From: Chlorokybus atmophyticus
Lineage: Eukaryota > Plantae > Mesostigma and Chlorokybus algae
Reading direction: 5' to 3'
Assembly: GCA_009103225.1 (NCBI GenBank)
Contig: RHPI01001037.1
Coordinates: 659,815-723,814 of the forward strand
Length of the DNA stretch: 64,000 nucleotides
The notes below the pieces were generated by a model, which saw only the letters and a program-made list of their open reading frames with translations, ran no database searches and was not told the DNA's origin. The position numbers and the translations under genes are program-made. Position 1 is the stretch's first letter. Each line of letters opens with the position of its first letter. Below, piece after piece: positions 46,105 through 59,700 of this stretch.

Positions 46105-49100
46105 ATAGGCTAAGTCCCAAGGAACGAGATGAAGCAAAAAAGCAGGTGGACTATCTCCTAGAAAGGGGTTTGATAGTTGAATCGCAAAGCCCCTACTCGG
46201 CTAATGTAATTTTTGCCGAAAAGAAGGGAGGCAAGCTCCGGATGTGTGTTGATTATAGGTCATTAAATGCACAAACGGTGATGAATGCCTTCCCCTTACC
46301 GCGTTTGGATGATTTGTATGATCAACTAGTTGGGAAGTCGTGGTTTAGCACCCTCGACCTAACTAGTGGTTATCACCAAATACCTATCGCGATAGAAGAT
46401 AGGTATAAGACCGGGTTTAAGACCCCTATGGGTCATTATGAATATACGGTGATGCCATTTGGCTTGTGCAATGCGCCGGCCACATTCCAAGCGGTAATGA
46501 ATGAAGTATTTAAAGAGGAGGTAGGGAAATTCGTCCTAGTGTACTTGGATGATGTTATTGTATTTTCAAGTACAAAAGAGGAACATGTGCTTCATTTACG
46601 AAAAGCCTTGAGTAGGCTAAGGGAGCATAAGTTCTTAGCGAATTTCAAGAAGTGTGACTTCTTTGCTAGGGAAGTAGAGTACTTGGGTAATATTGTGAGT
46701 GAAGAAGGAATAAAAGGCGATCCAAAGAAACTCGAAAGGGTTAAAGACTGGGCAGTTCCTAAAAATGTAACGGAGTTACAGAAATTCTTGGGTTTTTGCC
46801 TATGGTTCCGCCGTTTTATTTTAGGCTATTCAATTATAGCCGCCCCACTCACTACTTTGACAAGTACCCGAAAACCCTTCGAATGGGGTCCTAAAGAGCA
46901 ACAAGCCTTTGAGAGGCTTAAGGCTGCTATGACCTCACTTCCGGTATTGAAGTTGCCGGAAATGGACAAGCCATTTGAGGTAATAAATGATGCCTCTTTG
47001 GCAGGAACCGGGGCTATACTAGTGCAAGAGGGGCATCCAGTAGCCTTTGAAAGTTTCAAGTATAAGCCCGCGGAGAAGAATTACTCAACCACCGATCAAG
47101 AACTATTAGGTGTTGTGAAAGCGTTGCATAGATGGAGGTGTTACTTAGAGGGGAGACATTTTAAGGTGATAACTGATCACAACCCCTTAGTGCACCTAAA
47201 TACGCAACCTAATTTGTCGCGACGCCAAGTAAGGTGGCATGAGTTTTTGGTGCGATATGATTTTGATTGGGAATATAGGCCAGGTAGGATAAATGCGGCA
47301 GATCCTTTAAGTAGGCATCCCGCATTATCCGAGGATTTGGCGTTACTTGCATTGGATTATGTGAGTGATATTCCTAACCAAATAATCGCAAGTTATACTA
47401 ATTGCCCGGAGTTCCTTTTGGAGTTCAACCAAGTGTTAAAACCACATGGGGCATTTTGGTATAAAGATGAAGAAAAGATTGCGGTTCCAATGGATGGGTC
47501 ACTTAGGTCAAAGGTGATTACAGAATCACATAATCCCCCTTACCGTGGCCATTTTGGTATAAGGAAAACTACCGAGTCTTTGGCTAGGAGGTATTGGTGG
47601 CCGACCTTAAGAGTGGATGTTGAAAGCTTTGTAAAGAATTGTGACTCGTGCCAAAGGAATAAATCCGTAAGGGCAAAACCGGCCGGGAAATTACAACCTT
47701 TGTCCATACCAGAGGGAGCTTGGAAGTCAATGTCTGTTAACTTTATAGTCCAATTACCTAAAACGGTAAAAGGGAATAATGGAATGGTTGTATTTGTAGA
47801 CCGGTTTAGTAAGGTTGTTCACTTAGAACCAACTCCTCCAAAATTTACGGGCGAGGATTTTGCCCATGCCTTTTTCAGGAGATGGTACTCACAACATGGG
47901 ATGCCCGTGGATATGATTTCGGATAGGGATTCGCGGTTCACTTCCGCCTTTTGGCGTAAGTTATGTGATACATTAAATTTGGATAATAAGTTATCCACCG
48001 CGTTTCATCCTCAAACAGATGGGCAAACCGAGCGTGTGAATCAGACAGTGGAACAACTATTGAGGCATTACTCACTAAAGAATATTAGAGATTGGGATAC
48101 ATATCTCCCTTTCGTTGAGTATGCCATCAATGATTCGGTGAATGAGTCAACGGGGATGACACCATTTTATATTGGTTATGGCCGCCATCCATTGAGTCCA
48201 GTTGAGGCTTTAATGGAGAATATGGGGGCTAGGAAAAGAGTCAACCCCTCGGCTCAAATTTTGGCTCAACGATTAGGGCAGGTGCAAAATGAGGCCAAGA
48301 GGGCCTTATTAGCAACCCAAAATCGTATGCGTCAATATGCCGATGCCAAGAGGACAGAGGCCGTGTTTGAAGTGGGACAAGAAGTCCTACTTAGCACAAA
48401 GAATGTGAGGATGGAGTCTCTCGATGGGGCCCGAAAACTATTACCCCGATGGCTTGGACCATTTAAGGTAGTAGAAAAGATAGGGGCTGTGGCATTCAAG
48501 TTAGAATTGCCACCGAGTCTTAACATACATAATGTATTTCATGCCTCGCTATTGAGAGCCTATCACTCAGATGGGTCGGTGCAGCCACCACCCCCCCCAA
48601 TGTTTATAGAAGGAGATTGGGAGTATGAAGTGGAGGGTATAATAACCCACAAAGGCCGAAAAGGCAGATCTCCCAGTTACTTTGTGAAATGAAAGGGTCA
48701 TCCGTTCAAAGCATGTGAATGGGTTGACGAACCTAGCATGCGAGCACCACTTTTGATAAAGAAATATTGGAGGGAGCTAACGGTTGCCCAAAGATGAAGT
48801 CCAGGAAGGTCCATTTCTGAAAATATATATTTTCCGCCTTTAGAATTAGTTCCACGTTTTGACCTATCAAGTTACTGATCATGGCTTGTTTCCCTAGGTT
48901 GGAAAGCGTGGAGAAAGAAATTGAGCAGAGACGCTCAATAGCTAAAGGGGGGGCATTGTTACGGCCTAGCTACTACAGCTGGTCATGTACAGTGTATATA
49001 TAAGTTTAATTAGCGAAAGACAAAAGTTTAATGAACCTTGGTTGGATTATCTTGGTTTGTTATACAAGCTTTGAAGGCATGTGTTTGTGTTTGAGCTTTA

Positions 49101-52100
49101 ACACGAATACAGTGCAACGCTAATTATAGTCCTGGCTAGTTAGAGCATTTGCATCTAATTAGAAGTGGTTGACTAGGAATTACCCTATTCATGAATGTAT
49201 GGGCGTCTTGAGTAGGAAGATAAAAGCACATGGCTCTAGTATAATGATTTATTAACGCGATGTGGGCTTATGGGGCCAATCGTGTGAAACATCATAGGAA
49301 AAAGCATGTGTAATTATAAGGTTCATTTAGGCCAATCCAAGGCGGCTTATTTGGATCAGATGAATAGAGCGAAGTAGCCTCTCTTAGGGTGAGCAAAAAG
49401 GACTTCGCGAAATGAGTTTGCGAAGGGGTTGATTCACCTGCGAAGTGAATCAACATAGTGAGCTAAATTAGTTCACTAGTTCAGTCACGAACATGAACTA
49501 AAATAGTTTCCTAAGGGTTCGTAAGTGAACAAAAATAGTTCACTGGTTCAGTTACGAGTATGAACTAAAAGTAGTTCACCAAGGGTTCGTAAGTGAACTA
49601 AAATAGTTCATTGGTTCAGCTACGAACATGAACTAAAAGTAGTTCACTAAGGGTTCGAAGTGAACTAAGTGAACTAAGTGGACTAAGTGAATCACCCTGA
49701 TTTGAAAGGACTAATAGAAGAGGGAGCCAATAGTGAATCACTGGTGAACTAAGTTAGTTCACTAATGGAGTGATTCATAAAGCCGACAAGGTAGTGAACT
49801 AAAGTTGATTCACTAGTGAATCAACTATTAGATCACTTCGCGACACGACGTCGCGACAGAAAATCGGCTAAGGCATTTGCCCCCTCCCGCGTGTGCCGAT
49901 ACGCAGCGCGTGACAGCGCCGTCTGCCATGGCCGCAAGCACAAAAATCGCGGATTGGCATTATTGGTCACTTTACTGAATGCCAGTGAACTAATGCCGAG
50001 TGAACTAAACTAATCACTTGGGTGAGTGAATGGGGATCTGGTAGAGGGCTTTGAACCAAGTAGGTCTTAGCCAAGATAGTTCCTAGTAAAGCTCATGGCG
50101 ATGGATTTCGCCATTAAAAAAGAGCCAGTCGCGGGTGGAGGGTAGCCGCCGCACGACTTGAGCTCTGGGCTTTTGGGACTAAGGTAGGGGTACCTAAGCT
50201 AGGTGACCATAACCCTTAAGTTGCCAAGTAGTTGTTCACTCAACGAAAGGTGGTTAAGGGAGTGTACAGTCACTACATGTTAAGTGTGTGATCACTGTAC
50301 ATAGTTTTAAGTGATAATTACCCCCCGCCCGGCGTAACAACTACAAAAAGGAGTGCACCGAAGAGTACTCAACTCTGGCCTGCGACTACTGTCACAAGAC
50401 GGGCCACTTTGAGTCTGTCTGCTAGCTCAAGTTCCCCGAGTTGAAACCCGTCAACAACTACAACAGCAACAACACTGGAGGCCACAACGGCAACAACTTT
50501 GGTGGTTACAACGGCAAAAACTCTGGTGGCTACAACAGCAACAACATCGACGGCAACAACGCCGGTGGCTACAACAACAATCACGCCGGAGGCCATAACC
50601 ACACCAATTACTACGCCAACGCTCGCAAGGAAGAGCAAGGCTACAGGGGGAAGAATTGCCCTCCTCAGCGTAAGGGACTGGAAGGACGTCCGCGCGCTGC
50701 TGCTGTTGCCGCCAGGGCTCCAGCCAAACCGCCAGCTGATGACCATATAGCTGCCCTCATGGCACGTATGGCACGCTTGGAGGAAGACAAGGAGCAGGAC
50801 TGCCGCGCCTGTTACTCTGCCCGATGGGCACTGATGGCTCCAAAGCGCACGAGAGACACCAGCACTCCGTCGCGTATTCAACCATCCCGGCGAGTTCGAG
50901 GGGAAGCCGCAACATCGTCAGCAGCCACCTCCTCTGAAGCCACCAGTGGCACTACATCAGCCGCAACGGTCACACCGGCTACGACGTCAACTCCGTCGTC
51001 GCTAGCAGCAACTGCTCCAATCTCACCAGGATTTAGTCTATCAGTGAGCACCGTCGCGCCCATATTGGTGAGCACGCAGGCAACAGCCACTGCCGATACC
51101 GACTTTGCAGCAGGAGGTCGCACCGGTCCCACTCCAACAACACCACCTGTGCCAGCAGGCGTTGAGACCACTCTCGCGCCATTAAGCGGCACTCTCGCCA
51201 CCAGTGACAGTGCCGTCGTTGAGCCTGCTGCCGCTGCAGCAATATGCTCAGCTACATTGCCCGCTCTCGACGTCACTCAGGCTGTCCCGCGAGGTCAGCA
51301 AGCTGAGTGTGCCTGGGAGACCATCATGCGTGGGGCAGATCCCACTACCATTGCTTTTTGGCGAGGAGGGAGGCGCACAACACGCGTTGAACGCAGTGAT
51401 CGAGTCTTCCCATTGCCTGATTATCACACGCTGCCAGAACAGACTCAGCGACAACTGGAGGATAAAATTCTCGCCGGCACGGCACCTCCCATGCGAGAGC
51501 GTGTCTTCGTTGTCAGGACGCCTGTTGTACTGGAGCTGGCACTGCAGTTGTTCGGAACTCTGCATAAGGATATGCAGACGGCGCCACGCCAACCCGCACC
51601 AGTCCGTCATGAACCCTTTGAGCCCAGCCCACTGAACACGTATAGGGACCGGCAACCCAACGTACAGCAGCACATCGCTGATACAGCTGACATGCCCCTT
51701 GGTGACAACGAAACACTGAGGCCCCTTCATACCGTTCGACGTCACGAGCGCTTCACCGCGCTGAAACAGGCATTCACCTGGCGACAGGATCAAGCGGCGG
51801 CTATCGATGCAAGAGCGCACGCCCTTGCCAATGCTCGCGCTGGCGTTCTTTAGCCAACAGTCGCTGGCCCATCATCCAGTACAACACCTCTCGTCGGTGG
51901 GCCTAACGGTGACCAGACGAGGGCGCTGGCCCAACAAATCAGGGGGTGATCGCCCGCTGCTACCCGTCTTGTTGGAAAACTTGCCTGAAGATCAACGGGA
52001 TCCAGGGAGAGGCTACCTCACACCGCAAGGGTGGACACAACGAGATAGAGCAGGTTCCATCGGGGAACAGCAACTAAGTACTGCCCTGTTGCAACGAGCA

Positions 52101-53841
52101 ACCATGCTGCACCGACAAAAAGGCATCGGCCTGAGGCGGATGCTGGGGATGCGAGAAGGTGGTAACGCAGCTCGAGCAAGACTGGTGACTTGGCTAGTCA
52201 CCAATCACCCCGCAGTCCCCCTGCTCGCCTTCAGCACTAGATTGTTCTGGGTGGACGGCTTCCTGCTGGTCACTACGGCAAGCCTATGACAAGGCTGCCT
52301 CGACATCCACCGACACCTTAAAAGGAGTACAAGAGGCCATACTGAGGTTGCCAGGGGTGGAAGCAGCGCGGCAACGCAGACGCATCTCAGCTGCCTACGA
52401 GCAGCATGTCCAACAGCCACAGATTTACCTCACTGTGCGGGCGCGAGCAACAATGGTGTTGGAGGTGGGAGTGGTCAATGGCAGATGGGATTCCTACATG
52501 GCAGGGATCATAGGGGTTCCCACCATCACTCACGACATAAGAGTGAGGCTCCTCCGCGCAATGTACCTCCAGCCCATGCCTCAGAATCATCGTTGGAGTG
52601 ATGTGATCAACCCAACAGCCACATGGGAAGGTACACTGGTCAGGGAGGCAGCTCATGCAATACGCTGGACTTATGTGGAAGAACATGCCGCACGGGAAGC
52701 GGGCTCACAAACACCCGGTCCTCCAGGGTTTCCCCAACAGCCACTGGCCACGCCGCCAGGAATGACCCCGGCCACACAGAGACGCAATCCCCCCGCACCG
52801 CAACCAGGGCAGCTACAGGCAGCACCGCCAGCACTTAGGCCACAGCATGTTGATCAACAGCTAAGACAAGGACGGTTCGGGCCAGGCCGCGGTTAAGGAG
52901 GTGCTCAAGACGCAGCTGGTTGAGAGGCGCTTGCCGCACTTCGCTCGACATTATCGGAGGAGGTTGCAGCAGCAGACACCCCACGCACACGCTACCGACG
53001 ATTCAAGCGGCTGCGCATCCACGCTAAGGCGGCCATGATCGCCAACCAAGGCAAGCATGTCACGATCAATGGGCAAGCACCCAAGCGGGTGATGCTGGAC
53101 TCTGGAGTCCAGCCTGTCATTATCGGACGTTACCTCGCACGTGACTTTGACATCACCAGCGCTGAGCTGATGCTGTGCCCATACGTGAATGACATCGCAA
53201 CCGGCAGCCATGACAAGGTGATTGGTATCACCAAGCAAGCCCTCTGCATTTGCTTGACAGGAGTGGACCCGTCCGGCAGCACCAAAGGCATACAGAAGTG
53301 CGTGGTCACCGACGCAGGATCCTTCGACCTGCTGCCGGGAAAGGACTTCAACTTCCCTGTTGGCATGGGGCTGGACTGCTGGATAGAGAAGGCCTGGTTT
53401 CGTCCTCATTGGGATGAGGAGGACGGAGAGGTTCAAGGATATCTGCCTCTTGAGTTGGTGGCTCGCACTCACTCCCACCAAAGGTCATCTGCAACAGCCA
53501 CCTACAGGTCGTTGTCGGCAACCACTGACAGGTCAGCTGCAACAGCCACCCACAGGTCGGGCTCGACAACCACTGACAGGTCATCTGCGGTGGTCACCCA
53601 CAACGCGGACCAAGACTCTCCTATCCCATACGACGAGTCTCAGGAAGATGCCACTGAGGAAGTGGCCCACCAACATATAGCGGAACGCCGCTGGCGCGCA
53701 CAGGTGGTCGCCCATCTGCTACTGACCAGACCGCGGCTCACTTCACAATTCCCTCTTTATAAGGACCAAGCTGCTATCCAGGAACAACACCAGGTGGCCA
53801 CTGGAGTAGTGGGGTTCCACGTATTCTGGCGACAACAAGGC

Positions 53842-54790
53842 ATCACCATGTTGAAACTATTCGGAGGAATTGATAGTGGCCTCGCTGCTGTCCTCAACAC
53901 CGGCGTGACAGTCACCAAGTACTTCTAATGTGACCCTGATCCACACGCACAGATTGCCCTGGGCCACCACCCGCGCCACCTACACAAATGCTACCCGCAG
54001 CGACTGCCGCTATCGGCACTGCAAGGCAGTCTGAAGGCACTGCCACAGGACATCCGTTTAATCACTGCGGATCACCTTCTGCGGTGGGCAACATCGACCT
54101 GCTGATAGCAGGATGGGAGTGTCAATGACACTCCACAGCAGGCAGCGGCAAGGGACTCGCTGATCCTCCGCTCACAACTGTTCTGAGAACTAATGCATGT
54201 CATCAAACTTCTGCAGAGCAACCAGCTGTTCAGGCCTCTTGGACACATCATCGAGAATGTGCACTCCGAGGACAATAAGCGCCATCATGTGGCCAATAGC
54301 TTCCGACAGGTGTGTTCCTTACTGGGACATCCCCTAAACATCAACGCAGCGCGGCATGGCTCCCATGCTCATTGTGTCCGCGCCAAGTGGAGCAACCTGG
54401 CAACAATCGAAGATCTCTTTGCTGCTGAATATCTGCACAGCAGCTGTCCACGCAATCTGACAGTCGACGCTATCCTGGACCCAGGTCGAACAGCACAACC
54501 AGTCACCTAACGCGATCACCACCACTTCTACCAGTGCAACCAGCCTGGGCAAACCACGTCGTGCGCTCCCCACGCTGGTGTCCTACCCAGGATTGTACGC
54601 CTTCCGCAACCACGGCGCAGGCATGGTGTTAATTTTCAGCACAGGCTAGCTGGAGGAACCCAACGCACGTGAGCACGAACGCGCCATGGGATTCTCTCCA
54701 GGCAATATCACAGGTTCCACGCTGACCGACAGTCAGCAATGCCAATTGTTGGGACGCGCCATGGATCAGAACAGCATGGTATGGTTATTG
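53842..54790 (+). pseudogene. Retrotransposon-borne DNA (cytosine-5)-methyltransferase domain
   Basis: Motif I LFGGIDSG (FGGI 53860-53871). LPQDIRLI. Motif IV DLLIAGWECQ (GWECQ 54111-54125). Motif VI IIENV (ENV 54253-54261). Motif VIII-like NAARHGSHAHCVRAKWSN. Motif IX/X-like MGFSPG..LLGRAMDQN. Confidence 0.85.
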
Positions 54791-56625
54791 AAAATGTGCT
54801 TTGCTCTCCAAGACCGCCATGTGTCCTTCCAGGAGCTCGAACACCTGGCAGGGGGGTGGGCCGATCGCGTGCAAAAGACCAAAGCGGCACACACCGCCCT
54901 CGAAAATGCCCATGGAGGAGCAGGCAGCAGTCACTGTGGAGGACATCCTAGTGGTCGCCAACGCCACCTCTTGGTCCCATGCCATTGGCTACAGGCCAGA
55001 CGCGACAACAACTGGAGGCTCTCCTCAACAAGAGGAGAAGTCAATTCAGTTTCAATGTAAGGGAACTGGGTGTTTGCTCAGTTTACCAGATGCACATCGA
55101 GTTGGTGGACACCGAACCGGTGTTTCGACGACAATACCGACTCTCCAAGTTGGAAGAAGACTTGGTGGAGCAGAGGTGCAAGGCTCTGCTAGATGCAGGC
55201 CTAGTTGAGGAGTCCACATCGGACTTTGCGGCCGCGACCGTCATGCCCCTGAAGAAGGATTTAGCAGGCAACTGCACAGATTGGCGCATGTGCGGCGAGT
55301 ACCGCCCCCTCAACAACAAGACCAAACAAGACAGGTATCCAATGCCTGTTGCAGAGGGTATCTTTAATGATGTAGGAGACTGCACCGTCTTCAGCATCCT
55401 GGATATGTGACAAGGGTACAACCAGATCGCCATCAAGGAGGAGGACAAGCACAAGACCTCTTTCTGGGGCAACCGGCAGCTGTACCAGTGGAAGGTCATG
55501 CCCTTCGGACTGAAGAACGCTCATACCAAGTTTTAGCGCGTCATGGACAAAGCCTTGAAGGGGCTAGACTTCGCGCGATGCTACATCGACGACATTCTCA
55601 TCTTCAATCGCAGTAACGACGAGCACCTTCAGCACATCGAGGAAGTGCTTGAGAGACTCAAGGGGGTGGGGATGACAGTGCACCCCGACAAGTGCACATT
55701 CTTCACTCGCAAGGTACCCTACCTAGGGCACATGATTGTGCTTCACGGGGTGTACGTACAGCAGGCAAAGGTGGAGGCTTTGGCGGCTATCCCTGCTCCC
55801 ACAGACCTTACGCATTTGCGTGCCTTTTTGGGCCTTGCCAACTACTATCGTCGGTTCGTGAAGGACTTCGCAAAGATCGCGCGACCCCTCAACGAGCTCC
55901 TGAAGAAGGAGGTGGAGTTTGCGTGGAAGGGGCCACAACAGCAGGCGTTTAAGGAGCTAAAGGGCAGGCTCACCACCGCTCCCATTATGCAACGGCCTGA
56001 CTACAACAAGCCCTTCATTCTCCACACCGACTGGAGCAAACTTGGGATGGGGGCTGTGCTGGTACATCACGATGAGAACAAGAAGGAGCGGGTGGTGTCA
56101 TATGCAAGCCCGAGCAACAAAAGCGCTGAGGCCAACTACAGCAGCTATGAAGGGGAGTGCCAAGCTGCAGTATGGGCTATTTCCTTTTTGGTCGACACTT
56201 CTGTTGAGAGTATTCCAACATACGATCAGCATCGACCCTCCACACAGGAGTAGAAGGTCGTAAGGACGAGCACTAGGTCCGGACTTAGCAAGATGGCATC
56301 GTCGGACCAGACTCCGGACTCCAGACTGGAGCCTTACTAACTGCTTCGTATCTCCGCGTATACTTACTCATATTGAGCGTGTAAGAGCTTGTTGAAAAGC
56401 TCTGGTTGTAAGGAAGACAACACAACTTAGAGCGCGTCAAAAGGCTGAGTATAGCTTACGCAGTGCTTGCAAACGTAGACGTGTGTGTAACTGGCTGGTA
56501 TAAGAACCAGCGGACAACTTGTAATAGATGAATGTGATGTGACTTGTGTATGCTCTGGTGGCGGTAGCTCTGTCCGTGTGTATCCATGCTTGCCTCAGCT
56601 ACATGTGCATGCTAGTCCTTCAACA

Positions 56626-56639
56626 GGTTATGGGCCCAC
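56626..56639 (+). promoter_or_regulatory. Half-tRNA primer-binding site (internal region of tRNA-iMet)
   Basis: GGTTATGGGCCCAC directly follows the 5' LTR and is complementary to the iMet anticodon arm GTGGGCCCATAACC. There is no TGG start. Confidence 0.85.
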
Positions 56640-56752
56640 ACTACGCTTGAGGAGTGTGAGACTAGCTTGTGTGCATAGTAGTTCTACACTACGGTAGCTT
56701 GTTGGTAGCAGAGCCTTGGGTGTCAACTGCAAGAAAGGCAGGCTCGACAGAA

Positions 56753-59700
56753 ATGGAGGCGACCTACGACAAGGGGCAGATTGCAAAGCTGGACACCGAC
56801 AACTACAACACATGGTGCGTGGAGATGAAGGCCTTGCTCATCCACAAGAAGGTGTGGAAGTACGTTGATCCGAAGGCACCACCACCAACACCAGGAGCGA
56901 ACACTGTGTGGTCAGAGCATTCAGCAGAAGCACACTCTTTGCTTGTGTTGAACAGCAAACCGCATCACTTTCCCATGCTCACTGCATGTGAAGATGGTAG
57001 ACAAGCTTGGGAAAAGCTATCAGCCGTTTTCAGAGCCAAGAACAATGCCAGAAAGTTGCATCTACGCAAGCAGCTCAGCGCACTCAGGAAGGAGGCAGCA
57101 GAACCCATCACAAAGTATGTTGCGCGCGCGAGAGAGCTGTGGGCGGACCTCATCAACGTCGGCCACAACATGGGGGAGACGGAGGTAGTGCTGGCCATTG
57201 TTGCAGGGCTACCAGCAGAGTACGAGGTCGTCGCAACCCTGCTGGAGACGTCATCATCGGAGTTGACGTTGGACGATGTGCTACCGAAGCTGCTCACCGT
57301 GGAGCAGAGGGTTGTGAAGAAGGACGAGCAAGCGGATGCCGTCGCCTTCTACACCGGCAAGCACGCAAAGAAGAGCAACCATGAAGAGAAGTACAAGGGC
57401 AACAAGCCAGGCAATCCTCGTCACAAAGACCTCACATGCCACTGGTGTGGTTGGAAGGGGCACATTGTGAAGGACTGTAGGAAGAAACAACAGGGGCAAC
57501 CTAGAGCAAGCACCAGCAACAGCGGCAACGAGCACCAACACAAGGAGAAACATGTCGCCTTCACTGCATCCAGTTCGAGGGCGGGCACAGCTTTCTGGGT
57601 GGTGGACTCTGGCTGCGATCGTCATCTCACACCAAACAAGGAGGTGATGGAGGGCTACAGGAAGCTGACGTCCACAATCAAGGTGGCGGGCTTCGGTGGC
57701 GAAGTACTGGTGGCTGAGGGAGTTGGCAACGTACGACTCCAGTGCAAGGTTGGTAACACACTACGCGAGGTGTTGTTACGCAACGTCCTGCATGTTCCTA
57801 AGGCTATTGCGAGTCTATTCTCTGTGAGGGTTGCGGAGCGCTTAGGCGCGGAGATCCTATTTCGGAAGGGTGGCTGCTCAGTCATCCTTGATGGGGTCGT
57901 GCACATGGTTGGAATCGCTGATCCGGGAGGGCTCTACCACGTGGAGCAGCCTCAAGACAGAGACATTCAAGCCATGGTGGTGAAGGACAAGGAGTCGCCA
58001 ACATTGTGGCATCGAAGGTTCGGGCATCTCAGCTACGTCAACCTCACTCGCCTTGTCGCTGAGAAGATGGTCAAGGGCATCCATCTCAGCACAGAAGAAC
58101 TCAAGAATGCATCAGGTGCACTTTGTGAACCATGCCTGGTTGCAAAGCAGCATGCTATGCCATTCCCATCATCCTCTTCTAGCAGTCAGCATCCTTGCGA
58201 GCTTGTGCACATGGATGTCTGTGGCCCTATGCGCATTGTGGCGAAGGGAGGGGCCAGGTACTTTGCTACATTCCTCGACGACTACAGCAAGCTGTCCATC
58301 ATCTTTCCATTGACGCTCAAGTCAGAAGTTGCTGGAGCTGTGCGCACAGTTGTGGCCTTGTTGGAGACCCAGTCTGGCAACAAGATGAAGGCAATGAGGA
58401 GTGATCGAGGAGGGGAGTACATCAACAAGGAGTTGAAGGAGTTCTTCGCCAGCAAGGGCATACGCCACGAGACAACGGCACCCTACACCCCGCAGCAGAA
58501 TGGAGCAGCTGAACGCCTCAACAGGACACTCTTGGAGCGTGTTCGAGCCATGCTCAACGACACAAAGATGGAAGACAGTTTGTGGAAGGAGGCGGTACTC
58601 ACTGCCAACTACATCCGCAACAGGTCTCCGGTGAGCTCAGAGCAGAAGACTCCGTGGGAGCACTTCTATGGAGCCACACCAGATGTGAGTGGTATGCGTG
58701 TGTTTGGATGCACGGCATATGCACTAGTGCCTAAACAGCTCAGGCACAAGCTGGAGCCGGTCAGCAAGAAGGGCATCTTCGTTGGCTATGAACCGGGTTC
58801 CAAGGCTTACAGGATCTTGCTCGAGGACACTCAGAAGATCATCGTGAGCAGAGAGGTGGTTTTCCACGAGGGATTATCACAACCAGAAGCAGGCTTCTTT
58901 CCTGAAGATGAAGCACAGCCGGAGCATCCTGAAACAGTGGAGGCTACAGGCAAGGCCATCATCGACGATAAGGGTGAGCAGGACTCCACTGTAGCAGACA
59001 AGCAGTCGCACCTGCAGCAGGAGCACGCAGCTCGGAGATACCCAGTGAGGGAGAGAAAGGCACCTGACTTCCTACACAAGGCACACGTCGCCAGTGTGCA
59101 GAATGAGGAGCCAAGCACCTACGAGGAGGCATTGTTAGCACCAGATGCGGAGCAATGGCAGCGTGCTATGGACGAGGAGATTGCGTCACTCCATGCCAAC
59201 AACACTTGGTCACTGGAGCAGTTACCGCAAGGAGTGAAGACCATTCCAGTGAAATGGGTCTTCAAGGTGAAGCGTGATGGTCAGGGCAACATTGAGCGCT
59301 ACAAGGCAAGACTGGTGGCAAAGGGCTTCTTGCAGCAGGAAGGTGTGGACTTCAACGAAGTGTTTGCACCTGCAAGTAAGCATACCACCTTCCGTGCACT
59401 GCTAGCTATGGTTGCTGCTGAAGACCTAGAGCTGCATCACCTGGATGTGAAGACTGCCTTCCTCTACGGAGAGCTGGAGGAGGAGATCTTCATCGAGCAA
59501 CCACCTGGATATGAAGAAGGGGAGAGAGGCACAGCGTGCAAGCTGATCAAGGCACTGTACGGGCTGCGACAGGCACCGCGTATGTGGCACATCAAGCTCA
59601 CCAAGGAGCTGGAGGCACTTGGCTTCACCGCATCCTCTGCAGACCCTGGGCTCTTCATCCATGCAGACAACAAGGTCTGGCTGCTCGTGTATGTTGATGA

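Larger units (their letters stand above)
42981..48692 (+). pseudogene. Chromovirus 2 pol, interrupted by a TIR element
   Basis: LVDTGA and YLDD are present. The integrase reads SVNFI where SMDFI is usual. The chromodomain is truncated at FVK*KG (stop 48690-48692). Excising 44044-46107 restores PLYRLSPKERDEAK. Confidence 0.92.
40266..50339 (+). mobile_element. Ty3/Gypsy chromovirus 2
   Basis: LTRs are 40266-41657 (1392 bp) and 48957-50339 (1383 bp). The TSD ACTAC is at 40261-40265 and 50340-50344. A degenerate iMet PBS TGGCCTCGGAGC lies at 41660-41671, and the PPT at 48944-48953. Confidence 0.97.
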
